Assembly (NCBI GenBank): GCA_004764695.1
Contig: SMSO01000031.1
Span: 8,662,761-8,726,760, forward strand
Direction of reading: 5' to 3'
Length of the DNA: 64,000 nt
DNA from: Schizochytrium sp. TIO01
Lineage: Eukaryota; Protista; Bigyra: Labyrinthulomycetes
The position numbers were made by a program, and so were the translations under genes. Every line of letters starts with the position of its first letter. Position 1 is the first letter of the stretch. The notes under the pieces are model-generated. The model was given only the letters and a program-made list of their open reading frames with translations, did no database searches and was not told the DNA's origin. Shown in pieces: positions 12,401-22,814 of the stretch.

Positions 12401-13595
12401 GCTCATTAGTGGCTGAATTCCTGACCACTACCAGTAAGAAATTACTGGCAAGAGTCATATCGATCAACTCATCAAATCCTTCATCTATCCAATCTGCGTT
12501 CCACAGTTTTGTATTATTCATACTTGGGAGTTGCACTATTGAGATAGACTCATCAGCCGCATTTCTCCATCCTGCGAAGCAGATTTCGGAGGATGTTGAC
12601 GACGAAGACAACGACGACGAGGAAGTCTCAACATGACTGGCTATGGGTAGCGAAGCATTGCGAGCTAGAATTTGAACAGAGTAATCAGAATTACTCAAGG
12701 TTCTCGCAAAAATCCCTGTGTTTCCATCCGAGTCAGTCGCCTGGTATATAATTGTATTTTCTCCGCAGTAAACGAGACTTTGTCTTATTATGATTGAGTC
12801 AATGTCTGTTAAATTGTCAGGTCCACTTAATGGCTCTCCGGAGTTTATCATATCTTCGGGTAAATTGGATAGTTTCTGGCGATCATACACCCGGATCACA
12901 GTATGCTCTTCAGACAAATATTCAATCCAGGCAAGATAATTACCTTCTGGACTTGCAAGGATAGAACGTGGATTCTTTGTATTTGTGGCAACGGGTCGAA
13001 GTTCTTCTGCATATGGCTTTTGAAAAATCCGAAAAATATAACATTGCTCGGAAAGAATCTCGTCATCTGCCGCATGTGGGACTTCTGGAGCTCCATCCAT
13101 GTCAAACGAGCAGGTAGCGACTCCCTCTTCGTAATCGGTGTAGTATAGCTCGGTATACTCCTGGTCCATGATAAGAGAGAAAACATGGAGATTTCCGTCA
13201 ATCGCATTTTGAGAGCAATTGGAGGAGTTGGACAGATTCCATACTTCGCAAGTATCGAAATAGCTAATAGCGTCCCCCGTGAATGTCAGGATTGAAGGTC
13301 TACTATGATGATCCCATCTCGCTGTGTGCTCGTTTCCGGCATCCAGTACTTGTGTCGTCAGCCGTTTAGGTGCGAGTGGATGTGTGATTGTTCGAATTGC
13401 TTTATAATCGCGTTCTTTGAAGGATACATAACTTGGATTGCAGACTTCCACTCCGTTTACATATACAGGTCGCCACCATGTACTTTTAGGCACAAATGCC
13501 TCCGCTTGTTGTGGTGCCAGCAGGTGAACTAAGTTCGTTACAATAATCAGGAGGGCTTCTACCGAGTACCTGGATGACTGGCATCGACACCTCAT
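9489..13595 (-). CDS. 6TM voltage-gated-type K+ channel fused to a large N-terminal ectodomain with TSP type-3-like repeats and an extra TM helix
   Basis: 1368-aa ATG ORF. K+ filter TTVGYGD at 10821-10841; S4-like MRLFKGFRLFRLYRR; S1-S3, S5 and S6 hydrophobic helices; N-terminal signal-like peptide; DKDNDG and DSDGDG motifs (about 11945-12040) just before a TM helix IMYCVFVTFMVVCAALFLF. Confidence 0.9.
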   Translation of the reverse strand: MRCRCQSSRYSVEALLIIVTNLVHLLAPQQAEAFVPKSTWWRPVYVNGVEVCNPSYVSFKERDYKAIRTITHPLAPKRLTTQVLDAGNEHTARWDHHSRPSILTFTGDAISYFDTCEVWNLSNSSNCSQNAIDGNLHVFSLIMDQEYTELYYTDYEEGVATCSFDMDGAPEVPHAADDEILSEQCYIFRIFQKPYAEELRPVATNTKNPRSILASPEGNYLAWIEYLSEEHTVIRVYDRQKLSNLPEDMINSGEPLSGPDNLTDIDSIIIRQSLVYCGENTIIYQATDSDGNTGIFARTLSNSDYSVQILARNASLPIASHVETSSSSLSSSSTSSEICFAGWRNAADESISIVQLPSMNNTKLWNADWIDEGFDELIDMTLASNFLLVVVRNSATNEHKIRFAEISNARNFQDLENSTWPREISLSHRDSESALTYFLRGENSNGIDDELRLIRIKSLPAATERSPDALQIVHCALEAPSLRPEYNDTKRIIDASVFRDTVVWLAELYEGGPKVFELMDLDKDNDGLFDILDDFPVNYGFSFDSDGDGYADERDFIDFPGLNDDLIMYCVFVTFMVVCAALFLFHIKMREYLERRWSLIAQKIHEQESNQNTTEVHRYSAVQQQRTAKVGPHRAGGDINSEKEHSDSSVNLFGRSGTQANIVSSPIVHLSPVAQKNGPQTLSQDRALQSKISKAITRKTRIGNVARRLSAVAINAAFRNKYNAEIEEQEADLRAQVWYDHAIERSKSVGVATETFVLLLTVISIIIAVAPLIPYGGVSAKTERVLIWIDVFNFGIFFLDFTFRCLTRDKKELPTVRSFFSDNWYDIPAMLTEIPLTAVWFPDAMRLFKGFRLFRLYRRFTQQAIFISLMVRKPMAYLASFVVVIILICTVFIKIFEQNHQEDFRDFSNVIWFALVTVTTVGYGDYKVTQIETQILMFILMLIGIGLISTLSAFSAERIVSVGLAEETKRQMKQDLVYRSSLLREGLFHIAEPYNPVSVALEDLYSSASRAQDIKRKSMRVGKELPHREKARTAKQGSIDDDDDEIDVADDLEKHMQELKWRSRNFDALGKHRSSLFNVTVGMKAEVQLPIEKFMEGAGGKFRINAISSQADLIRAVAKEHDQSMLLECLQKRRQTDSQQLEADDINTLSLTPRTRLEFLLLRFSLDKPERGGVHNFSELVMELADILFEPPRPRALPLEKVYSIQEHWNALCDKITAVERPQFYYYDLRDPLHEKLARVDEHLVRYGIAHRSDYNELITELSIVLLLHERVRTVQWALKNLEFAPEADRAEAVLEAAEPRRADMPNANIILTGQNVDMVDEHGGEGDQSVTEVLNGGYRLNQGGARRGSRITPGRLKTMSSGRQLHI

Positions 13596-14550
13596 TCCCG
13601 CAAGTTCGTGTCGTCGCGAACCCTAGCAAAAGGATTCGCTCGCCGCCATGTGTCTTGGGTCTACTCCCGCTGATTTGCGACCCCATCTATCCACCTCTGT
13701 GCTTTTCCTGCATTCACTACAGCAAGCGAGCACCACTATATGTAGCAGTTGACCACCGCCTCTGTAGATAATTGTATAAACATGGTATAGAAGTAGTCCC
13801 CGCCGTAACGGCTAGTCCTCGGAAGTGTACTTTCATAGTATCAAGGTTCATAGGTGCCTATTGTTAGTGTTCAAGCTATGTAAGGTTATGCAGCTATATG
13901 TCCTCGTCGCTGAGTTATGGTTTACCTGTCGCTAGTGAACCTGCAAGTTCAGGAAAGCTGGTTGGCAAGAACGATCCCCTACTGGTAATTGCACTTGCAA
14001 AAAGAAATAAAATTACTTAATACTTTGCACACCAGGACATTTGAGTTGTTGAACCAGTTTTTGTGCAATTACAGGCAAGGCAAGGCAAGCTCTCTCCTGG
14101 TCTATTCTAATCAGCTTCCAGTAATACAGCAACCCGTGGCAACTCTCGCTGGTTCTCGGGCTACTGTTTTTCACAGCCGGTTTGCATCTCCTTCTTTTTT
14201 TGGATTGGAGATGAGACAATCAAAAGAAAAAAGAAACCGAAGAAAGAAACTACATCAATGTTTGATGATTAATCACGCCACTAAAAGAGAAATAACAGAA
14301 TCACCCTTCAAAATACGAAGTATCTTCACATGTGCTGATCCATCGCTCTTTGTTGAAAAAGCAGCTTTTCAACCTCTTCCAACGACACGAGGACAAGCAT
14401 CTCTGGACAAAATCCAGAACGAGCTAGGTAACCCTTCTTGATGATTTCTTTTTTTTTCAACGACGACTTCAAGTTGAGAAAAAAATGAAAACGAGAGAAA
14501 TGTTCTGAATGTTCTATAAGATCCACGTATTCTTAGTGGACTAGCTTGTT

Positions 14551-14638
14551 GAGAGCGGCGTAACTCACGGACTCACTCTCTCTACGAGGGACTCGAGAGC
14601 GGCGTAACTCTCGGCCTCACTCTTTCTACGAGGGACTT
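14551..14638. repeat. Tandem duplication, 2 x 44 bp
   Basis: gagagcggcgtaactcacggactcactctctctacgagggactc followed by gagagcggcgtaactctcggcctcactctttctacgagggactt; 4 mismatches. Confidence 0.92.
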
Positions 14639-14749
14639 GAAAGCATAGACTTCGGCTCGCATGAGCATAAACCTAACTCACCATCGCCAAGCCCGTCCGT
14701 AGTACTAGTCGTTGCTTCTCAGCGTGCAGTGTGCTCAGCCATAGGACGA

Positions 14750-15379
14750 ATGTCAGCAAGGCAAGTTGGAGCAAAGACTTTGAGCCCCTTGGCTAGCAAC
14801 AAGCTGCAAGCAGGACACTCGAGCTCACAAACTGATGGCGCGTCTCAAAAGATGGAGGTCATTGAAGTCTACGATGAAATTGATGTAGCTACGCTGCGAC
14901 TTCAGATGGCAGATTATCCCAATGAGCACGATGTCTTCTTTGGTTTGCCCTCTAACTCGAAGTGGAGACCCTCCATCAATTTGACACGCGATGCAGCTGG
15001 AAACTACGAAGTCAAGTCTTGTGAATTGACTTCTATTGTGCTGAGTTTATACTTGATGCCAGGAGTTACAGCCAAGGTCTTTGAGATGAGAAAGGGTAGA
15101 ACGAATCCTCTTTTAAGTTACTCACTCCTGCCAAGTGCCACGCCAAAGTGGCAGAACTTCCCAATCTTGAACACGAATGGTTTATGGGGATACATCATCA
15201 CCTTTCACCAGTGCTACGGGATTTATAGGATTGCCAATCCGATTGAAACTAGATTGCATGATGAATCCACCAGGGCAGCAAGAGAAAACCTTGGCTTCAC
15301 TGACTTTGTCGATGAGTATGATTTCCTCACGAGTGAAGCTATATTTGCTGAAAGAAAGATTTTACTGTCCTTCGTGTAA
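14750..15379 (+). CDS. Hypothetical protein (~209 aa), no family recognised
   Basis: Longest ORF in the interval, ATG at 14750, composition typical of a globular protein after a low-complexity N-terminus. Confidence 0.6.
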   Translation: MSARQVGAKTLSPLASNKLQAGHSSSQTDGASQKMEVIEVYDEIDVATLRLQMADYPNEHDVFFGLPSNSKWRPSINLTRDAAGNYEVKSCELTSIVLSLYLMPGVTAKVFEMRKGRTNPLLSYSLLPSATPKWQNFPILNTNGLWGYIITFHQCYGIYRIANPIETRLHDESTRAARENLGFTDFVDEYDFLTSEAIFAERKILLSFV

Positions 15380-15484
15380 GTCTCGTGGAAGCCCTCCTCG
15401 GTGGCTCCAGCTTGTAAGCAATATATCTCTGCATTGTTTTAAAGCGAGATTTTGGGATTGCTCGTTTGCAAATCCAACTTCATA

Positions 15485-15487
<3 letters not shown>

Positions 15488-15515
<28 letters not shown>
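15488..15515. repeat. (AT)n microsatellite
   Basis: About 14 perfect AT units. Confidence 0.95.
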
Positions 15516-15523
<8 letters not shown>

Positions 15524-16604
15524 CATTCTTAGTAGATTCAAAAACGATCGTTGTTCATTTCCTACATCTAATCTCTTCTCGAGGTATACGCATGCCTCTT
15601 AGGAAGCCGCATCTGCAGCACGACGCAAATGTTTTTTCCATTCCCAGTAAGCTAAGAAAATGATTGTCAAGCCCATACGTCTATTCCGGCTCTTTAGGGG
15701 GCCATTTGACGTTTCCAAACAATACTTCTGCTACATCGAATCTTTCTTGCTCCCTGAAGACTTCAATCAAACCACTCTCCCTAAGGAAGTTTCATTTTAT
15801 TTTGACAATAAGATTATTTGCTCACTCCCTCGATGACTCATACTGCTTACTTTCCTAGCTTTAAGAATGGTACCCATCACTTGTTCGTCAGGGATAGTCA
15901 TTTGGCCATATTACACACGGCTGCAAGCAAACTAAAGACAATCAACCATGGCTGCTACCCTGTTGTACTTCTTCCAAACACCTCGTCTCATTCTCGTAGC
16001 ACGTAAGCTTACGGTTCTAACGCAATCTAGGATCATTTTTAACAACTGGCTAACAAAAAAGTAAGTAATTAATTAAAACCCACATTCCAAGAGTTCGCGA
16101 GGTGTTGCTTGCCTGGGCTTTAGGAGCGCTTGAGGTCCAAACTTTCTAACTTTGCACAATTATTTTCCAAATTCGATCAAATTTATGATTTGACTGCCAC
16201 AATCATCACACTCTTCATGCATGAACCCCCCCCTCTCTATCTTCAAATCTTCACACCTCTTCTTCTTCTTCTTCTTCTTCGATCTTTCGCACATTCCCAT
16301 GCAAGTTTTTTAATGTTCAAGATCACAATGTGGCCTCATGTCACTGTTAGAGCACTTAACATTCGCACCATATCCTCTTATACGCTCTTAACAAAGTCCT
16401 ACCTAGCATTGTCGGCAATGGGCAAAATAAAAATACATACATACGCGTACAGCCAACAGCACGCAAGGCGTCATCAAAGCCCAAACGAGCGGTCGAGACA
16501 AGTTGGGTGGCGATCAGCTTGAGCAGGACTGCCGGCGACTAAGTCTGCGTTGGAATTAGAGCTGGGTTTAGCCTTGGGAAGACAAAGGCCCCGGGGTTGC
16601 GTCA

Positions 16605-17453
16605 ATGGGCTCTAAGAAGCGCACTTTTGCCGGCGCCACTCGTAGTGGGGATGGCGAAGCTACTTCCTCTACAGCTACTACTTCCGCTGTAAAGGTCGTT
16701 TCTGGCGAACAAAGAGATCAAGGTGAAGAGCTGATTAATGAGGGCTTGGAGATCTCTGGCGAGCGGAATGCAAAGCAAGTTCGTAAAAATGCGGCTTTGC
16801 ATGTAGGTGGAGAAGAAAACCCCTTTGCGATACTTGACGAAGAAGTTTTTGCCGAGATCGACGGGTATAAAGTGTCGAACGAGGTGAAGCGTAAACTCCG
16901 CGAAGAAAATCGTATTGAGGAAACTGTAGCTTTGACATATGGCGAGATTAGATGCACATCATTTGCAGAGCTGCTCAATGAGTTTTTGCCAGAATGCCGT
17001 GGGTTCTTTGTGGATATTGGCTCAGGAACTGGTAAGGCGGTGCTCACAGCTGCAATGAGCGGGTTTTCTAGATGCCTAGGTGTAGAAATCGTGGGTAAAC
17101 TTCATGACTGTGCAATGACGGGTTTTGCGCGTGCTAAGGGAAAGGAAGGTTTGATCCCTGACAGTGCCCAGATCGAGTTCATTGTAGGAGATAGCTTTGC
17201 AAATGTTGATAAGTGGCAAGGTGCAGATGTTATCTTCGCCCCCACAACATGCTTTACAGATGAACTGATGGAACAATTGAGTGCATCATTAAAGAAAGTG
17301 AAACCGGGTGCTTATATCATCAACACCACCCGCATGATTAAATCCAACGATGTCAAACTGATTTCAAAAAAGAGATCCAGATATGCACGAGGCTCATTGG
17401 AGTTTATGCTCTGGAGGCGAGTACCCATCCCACCTACCACTGAGGAAAAGTGA
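16605..17453 (+). CDS. Class I SAM-dependent methyltransferase, DOT1-like
   Basis: LTYGEI, motif I FVDIGSGTGKAV, GVEI, EFIVGDSF, ADVIF and LKKVKPGAYII match the pattern of compact DOT1-like proteins. Substrate not established. Confidence 0.82.
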   Translation: MGSKKRTFAGATRSGDGEATSSTATTSAVKVVSGEQRDQGEELINEGLEISGERNAKQVRKNAALHVGGEENPFAILDEEVFAEIDGYKVSNEVKRKLREENRIEETVALTYGEIRCTSFAELLNEFLPECRGFFVDIGSGTGKAVLTAAMSGFSRCLGVEIVGKLHDCAMTGFARAKGKEGLIPDSAQIEFIVGDSFANVDKWQGADVIFAPTTCFTDELMEQLSASLKKVKPGAYIINTTRMIKSNDVKLISKKRSRYARGSLEFMLWRRVPIPPTTEEK

Positions 17454-17677
17454 AGGTAGAAGAGTTTATTGCTGCGGAGAATAGGAATAGGACGATATGG
17501 CGGCAAGAATCGAAGCAGAAAAATAATCAGATATAGTGAGGGTATGGAATATTCGTTAAGAAGAGCTCTTATATTCTCCTTTTAGCAATCCAACTGAGGA
17601 AAGATGATTTTCTTTCAGGTAGAAATTCACAAACAAACAATATAAAGAATACATGAAGAACACAAACACAACGAGAG

Positions 17678-18856
17678 CTATTCACTCTCAGGGTAATGTC
17701 GAACGTTATGAAAGACAGAGACTGTTGTACTCAATGCAGCGCTCGCAAAGAAAAAAGCAAGTTAGTGGTTCAGTTCCACCCACCATTCTTCATTTCCATT
17801 CATCATCCAATACAACCGTGCCCAAATTAACGCCTGCACTTACCGTTGGCTTGGTCAAAGTAGTTGATATTGAGGTTCCGTGCAATTTTCTGGCCGAGCC
17901 TGTTTCATTATACGAAAAATGAAAGCGGACAAGCTTTTTGTGTTAGTGCTCGTAATCTTTTCAATGTATACTTGATGGCAACATGCACAGCAACGTTTAG
18001 AGGATTTAAACTTAGCCTGGGATCCAAAACCAAGATAAATACTTGATGCTCGCTACCTGCAATTGCCGTACAATAAGGCAATGTTTGCTTGAGGAAGGGA
18101 CTTTAACATTATGGGGGTTGGTAGTAGCTAACACCTTCTGTGTGCTGAGCGAGACTGGGTCAGGCTTAAATAAGGACTTACCTTCGTAAAGACCGGACGT
18201 CTGAGGATGGTCGTTTTGTAAGCACGTGACGATCAATTTTAACACCGTCAAGAACTAGCTCATATTTAGGAATCTCATTGGAGCTGGCACCAACCTGAAG
18301 TATGCGATTAAGACGAATATAAATGTTGTGATAACCACTTGTAATAAAATCTGATCCAACGATGAAAGAATAAACCTTGTTTTCCTCATCCAGGAGGTAA
18401 ATGCGTTCATGCCGGTAATTGACAAACACAGCGATTGCGTGAATCAAAGCCGTTATGACGTAAACGAAGATGCTATTGTTCACGCTCCATGTGGCTAACA
18501 TTAAAAGCAATATAGCTAAACATACTGCAATTGTGATTTGCGAACTCTTCTTCTTCTTGTATGGTTTTCGAAGCGTAAACATGCGCGACCTATCTTCGAA
18601 CGAAAGACCTAGCTGAAATGGATGAAAAGGGTTGAGAAGGATGTCAGCCTGAAGTAGCTCTACCGGGCTTCTCTTGTCTCTCGCAAAGAAGCGACGAATC
18701 CTAATGAGCAAAAACAAATGTTGTGCCTGTGCTGTTAGCGTACAATGATTGTCTTCTTCGTTTTTCTGACATCAGATTTTTGGGCCTGGCCAAGCTGATG
18801 CCTTGGGCCCGAAACATACAAGCTCGATGCTTCTAGACGTACCTTTTCGGGATCAT
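17678..18856 (-). CDS. TMEM249: TMEM249 / CATSPER-theta-like protein, 4 exons (18856-18843, 18700-18182, 17899-17844, 17721-17678), 210 aa
   Basis: Three GT-AG introns with consistent phases (2,2,1) and donors GTACGT, GTAAGT, GTAAGT; 633 nt spliced CDS. Product has NPFHPF, two TM helices, RIYLLDEENKVYSF, YHNIYIRL, YELVLDG, LGQKIARNLNINYFD and HNVRHYP. These are colinear with recalled human TMEM249 motifs (NSFYPF, RRLVLNH, LHLVYVRL, FHLVLGG, LGRYIARKLNINYFD, HVVRHWP). Confidence 0.85.
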
Positions 18857-19841
18857 GATTTGTGCTGCCTCTTCTCTAAGTTTACAATGCTCGTAGTATG
18901 CAAGTCAAATCAAGTCAATAGTTCCTTTCTCTCTACTGGTGCTTCCGTCGATCAGTCCGGTCCAACTTGCTGGACTAGACAAGCGAAATATATTCCAATC
19001 CTCTGTGCCGCTTTCAACAGCAAGTATCGCAGCCCATCTGCGACCTGTTTTATTCGGCCGCTTTCTACGCGCCCAAATATTACTCTGATTCTTTTGCTCG
19101 CGAATTCTATATTACAGTACAGTTCCGTTACGGTATGCTTGTCTCGGTGCCCATTAAAGGTAGTTACTAGAGGGTCTACTACCCCTCTAGATAGTGAACT
19201 ACTAATACAACCCTCCCTCCTTGGACTTAATATTTAATGTAGCATATTACTTTAGATGATATCAACGCAGAGGCCGTTCCTATTTGTGTAGTATATATAG
19301 AACTGTAGGACTAGTTTTGCTGTAGAACTGAGAATTCCGAGTTCTTCCTGACTTAAAAGAGTATTTTTAAGCTTCTTCAAAGAGCTCAGAGATGATGTCG
19401 AGATGTTCACAAGGATTGAGATTCTACGACCTATATAATTCTGTCGAGTGAGCGAAAAATACACAAACAAATTGCTAAAATCACAAGTTGTATGTTCAGC
19501 AGGAGAGAATTTCTGAGAAGTAAGAAACTAGGCAGGTACATAGTCATGTGAGTAATATGGCCAAAAAGGAAAAGAGGTCTAATTCACAATAGGCCATTTA
19601 GCGGTTGGCTGGCTGGAGAGTATGTCGAACTGAGTGGTGGTGGTCGATGAAGAATTGGGAGTAGAGATTGACAGCAACGCCCATTCATCCATCAGTCCAT
19701 ACATCCGAGGGGAAATCCTCTTCGGACGGAGGCGTGGAGCTGGAGCTGACTTGGGTTGCTCCGCTCTGCTTTGAAGTGGAGTTCTTACTTTTGTACCTGC
19801 TGTGTTCGTTGAAGTCATCTTAACCTGAGTCGCTTGAGGCC

Positions 19842-21719
19842 ATGGCGACCTCTGACGCACGTACGCCCAAGAGCGCCAAGAAGCGCGACAATGGCGCCAA
19901 GAGCACCTCGAAGAAGAGCACTTCGAAGAAGATGAAGAAACTTGAAAAAGAGGTCTCTGCTGAGGAGGAAGAGTACCTTCTGGAGAATGATAACAACGAT
20001 GGTGCCATCGATACCTATGACGATGAAATTGCTGCTGAGAACCGTGAGCTGGCTGGGGACAGCGACGTGGCTGACGACAACGACGACGAGAAGGATACCG
20101 AGGCTGCTGCTGAGAAAGCTCTGAGTAGCAAGAAGAGGAAGAAGTCCAGCAAGAAGGCCGAGGAAGAGGAGGAGAATGGCGACGAGACATATGAACTCGA
20201 TGACAGTGGAGCGAAGAAGGGATTCTTCTCCGAGACCAAGTTCGCAGACCTGGACCTTTCAGAGAAGACACAAAAAGGCCTCAAGGATGGCGGCTTTGAG
20301 CGCCTGACCCAGATTCAGCACAAGGCTATCCCAGCCTTGCTCCAAGGCAGCGATCTCATCGGTGCCGCCAAAACGGGCTCCGGTAAGACACTGGCGTTCC
20401 TCATCCCCGCTGTAGAGCTCCTTGCCCGCGTGAGTTTCAAGGCACGCAACGGCACAGGTGTAGTGGTCATCACCCCCACCCGTGAACTCGCTCTCCAGAT
20501 CTACGGTGTTGTGCTTGAGGTCTGCAAGCACCACTCCCAGACCACCGGCATTGTTATTGGAGGTGCCAACCGCCGTGCAGAAGCTGATCGTCTCCAGAGC
20601 GGTGTAAACCTGCTCGTCAGCACCCCGGGTCGTCTCTTGGATCACCTCCGCAATACCAAGGGATTTATCTTTAAGAACCTGTTGTGCCTCATTATTGATG
20701 AGGCTGACCGTATCCTTCAAATTGGTTTTGAGGATGATATGAAGCAGATTATTAGCCTGCTCCCGCAGGAGCGCCAGACCGTGCTCTTTTCGGCTACCCA
20801 GACCAAGAATGTGCAAGACCTCGTCCGCCTCGCTGTCAAGCGGAAGCCGGTGTTTGTGAGTGTCCATGATGAGGAGAAGACTTCCACCGCTGCTGGTCTC
20901 GAGCAGGGATACGTTGTGTGCCCTTCTGAGAAGCGCTTCCTACTCTTGTACACGTTCTTGCGTAAGAACCGCAAGAAGAAGATCATGGTCTTCTTCAGCT
21001 CCTGCAACAGTGTCAAGTTCCACTCAGAGCTCTTGAACTTTGTGGATCTGCCTGTTAAGGACATCCACGGCCGCCAGAAACAGCAAAAGCGTACGACCAC
21101 ATTTTTTGAGTTCTGTAATGCTCAGTCCGGAACTCTTCTCTGCACAGATGTTGCTGCCCGTGGTCTTGATATTCCCAACGTTGATTGGATTATTCAGTTT
21201 GACCCTCCTGATGATCCCAAGGAATACATTCACCGTGTCGGTCGTGCCGCTCGTGGTGCCACTGGCCGTGGTCGCGCACTGCTCTTCCTCATCCCTTCGG
21301 AGCTTAAATTCCTTCAGTACCTTCGCCGCGTCAAGGTCACTGTTAACGAGTACGAGTTCCCTGCCAAGAAGGTTGCTAATGTTCAGTCTCAGATGGAAGA
21401 CCTCGTACAGACAAACTATTACTTGAACCGCTCCGGTCGCGATGCCTACAGGTCGTACCTTATGGCTTACTCCTCGCACGCACACAAGGATATCTTTGAC
21501 GTCCACAACCTCGACCTTCAGGCTGCTGCTAAGGCTTTTGGCTTTTCCGTGCCTCCTTCCGTGAACCTCAACATCAAGACCTCCGGCCGCAACGCTCGGG
21601 CCCGCGACCAATCAGACGACCCTGTCAAGCGTCGCAAACTTCAATCTGGCCACGCGTTCTCTGCCACGAACCCGTATGGCAAGCGTGCCTCTGGTGACAA
21701 GAGGCAATTTGTCAAGTAA
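19842..21719 (+). CDS. HAS1: ATP-dependent DEAD-box RNA helicase HAS1/DDX18
   Basis: [70 protein letters not shown] and the DDX18-type C-terminus; strong C/G-ending codon bias. Confidence 0.97.
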   Translation: MATSDARTPKSAKKRDNGAKSTSKKSTSKKMKKLEKEVSAEEEEYLLENDNNDGAIDTYDDEIAAENRELAGDSDVADDNDDEKDTEAAAEKALSSKKRKKSSKKAEEEEENGDETYELDDSGAKKGFFSETKFADLDLSEKTQKGLKDGGFERLTQIQHKAIPALLQGSDLIGAAKTGSGKTLAFLIPAVELLARVSFKARNGTGVVVITPTRELALQIYGVVLEVCKHHSQTTGIVIGGANRRAEADRLQSGVNLLVSTPGRLLDHLRNTKGFIFKNLLCLIIDEADRILQIGFEDDMKQIISLLPQERQTVLFSATQTKNVQDLVRLAVKRKPVFVSVHDEEKTSTAAGLEQGYVVCPSEKRFLLLYTFLRKNRKKKIMVFFSSCNSVKFHSELLNFVDLPVKDIHGRQKQQKRTTTFFEFCNAQSGTLLCTDVAARGLDIPNVDWIIQFDPPDDPKEYIHRVGRAARGATGRGRALLFLIPSELKFLQYLRRVKVTVNEYEFPAKKVANVQSQMEDLVQTNYYLNRSGRDAYRSYLMAYSSHAHKDIFDVHNLDLQAAAKAFGFSVPPSVNLNIKTSGRNARARDQSDDPVKRRKLQSGHAFSATNPYGKRASGDKRQFVK

Positions 21720-22814
21720 GGCAATGGTGGTAAGTGGCAGCAGTTCGCACACAAGCCGTTCCACCTTGTCCCCGGCTTTTCGGACGACCTTTTTACGACG
21801 AAAGAAAGCCTTGAAACAAGTACTACAAAACAGTTCATAGCCAAAATTCAACATAAATTACGCTCTCCTTTTTTTACAGATTATATATTATTGATTCCTC
21901 CTGCACTTGGTTTGATACATTTTAGATATATACTTAGGGAATATTTGATACAGGGAAACCTGCTTCTCTCATTGCATTTTCTCTTGCTCTTACTCAGAGA
22001 CATTTGTGCGTTTCTGTATGAAATGAAGTAGATAGGTGGGCCTAACTCTATATGCTTAACTTGTTCATAAACGCAAAGTGTCCAAATGTACTCTTTCAGT
22101 TTATATAGGCTTATGTGTTTATTTTTTCTGCCGAAGTAGTGTTTGACTCATTGATTGTTGTGATATCTCACACTTGACTCCTAATAGGTACCTACCTACC
22201 TTTTTATTGTTTTTAAAAGGGAAACTCTGCCCCCTGTCTCTCGAACATCTCCAACCTTCAAACATTCACTCACTTTATAGGCCACTCTTTTCAGTAAATC
22301 AGTGAATTACACTACATATAGATGTCGAATGACGCAAGTTAATCAAGGGTGTAAATAAATAAATTATAAAATATTAAAACTATAGGGCATATCCTCTGAT
22401 GTGACCTAGAACTTCCACCGTACTGGTGTTAATCGCAATTTACGAGAAGGAAATCAACAGCACAATTAATATAGGTTAATGATTCTCTTGCTTGTCTCCA
22501 TGTCCATTTCCCTCCGCTGTTCATCAAAACGTATCGTGTTTCGGGTTGCAGCATACCTTCACACAACCGTGGATTTGCTTGCCCGGGTACCACCACTGCT
22601 GCGTTGTCAGTTTCTCTACCTCCATTGCCCCCCCCCTCTCATCAAGACAAAGCATCTGGGGCAGTGGCAGTGGTCCTCTGAGTCTCCACAGTGGATGCTC
22701 TGTGCGGAGGGCACATTTCTCTTACTTCTGCCTACCTACCTGTCAGCCTGTCAGCCTGCCTGTCAGCCTGCCTGCCTGTATATGTGTCTATACCCATCCA
22801 CGATTCTGGCTTAA

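Noticed and set aside
14551-14638. CRISPR-like repeat
   Set aside because: Only two directly adjacent copies, no spacers, no cas genes, eukaryotic context.
19579-21611. Long antisense and alternate-frame ORFs (230, 202, 195 aa) over HAS1
   Set aside because: Shadow ORFs expected from the strong codon bias of HAS1.
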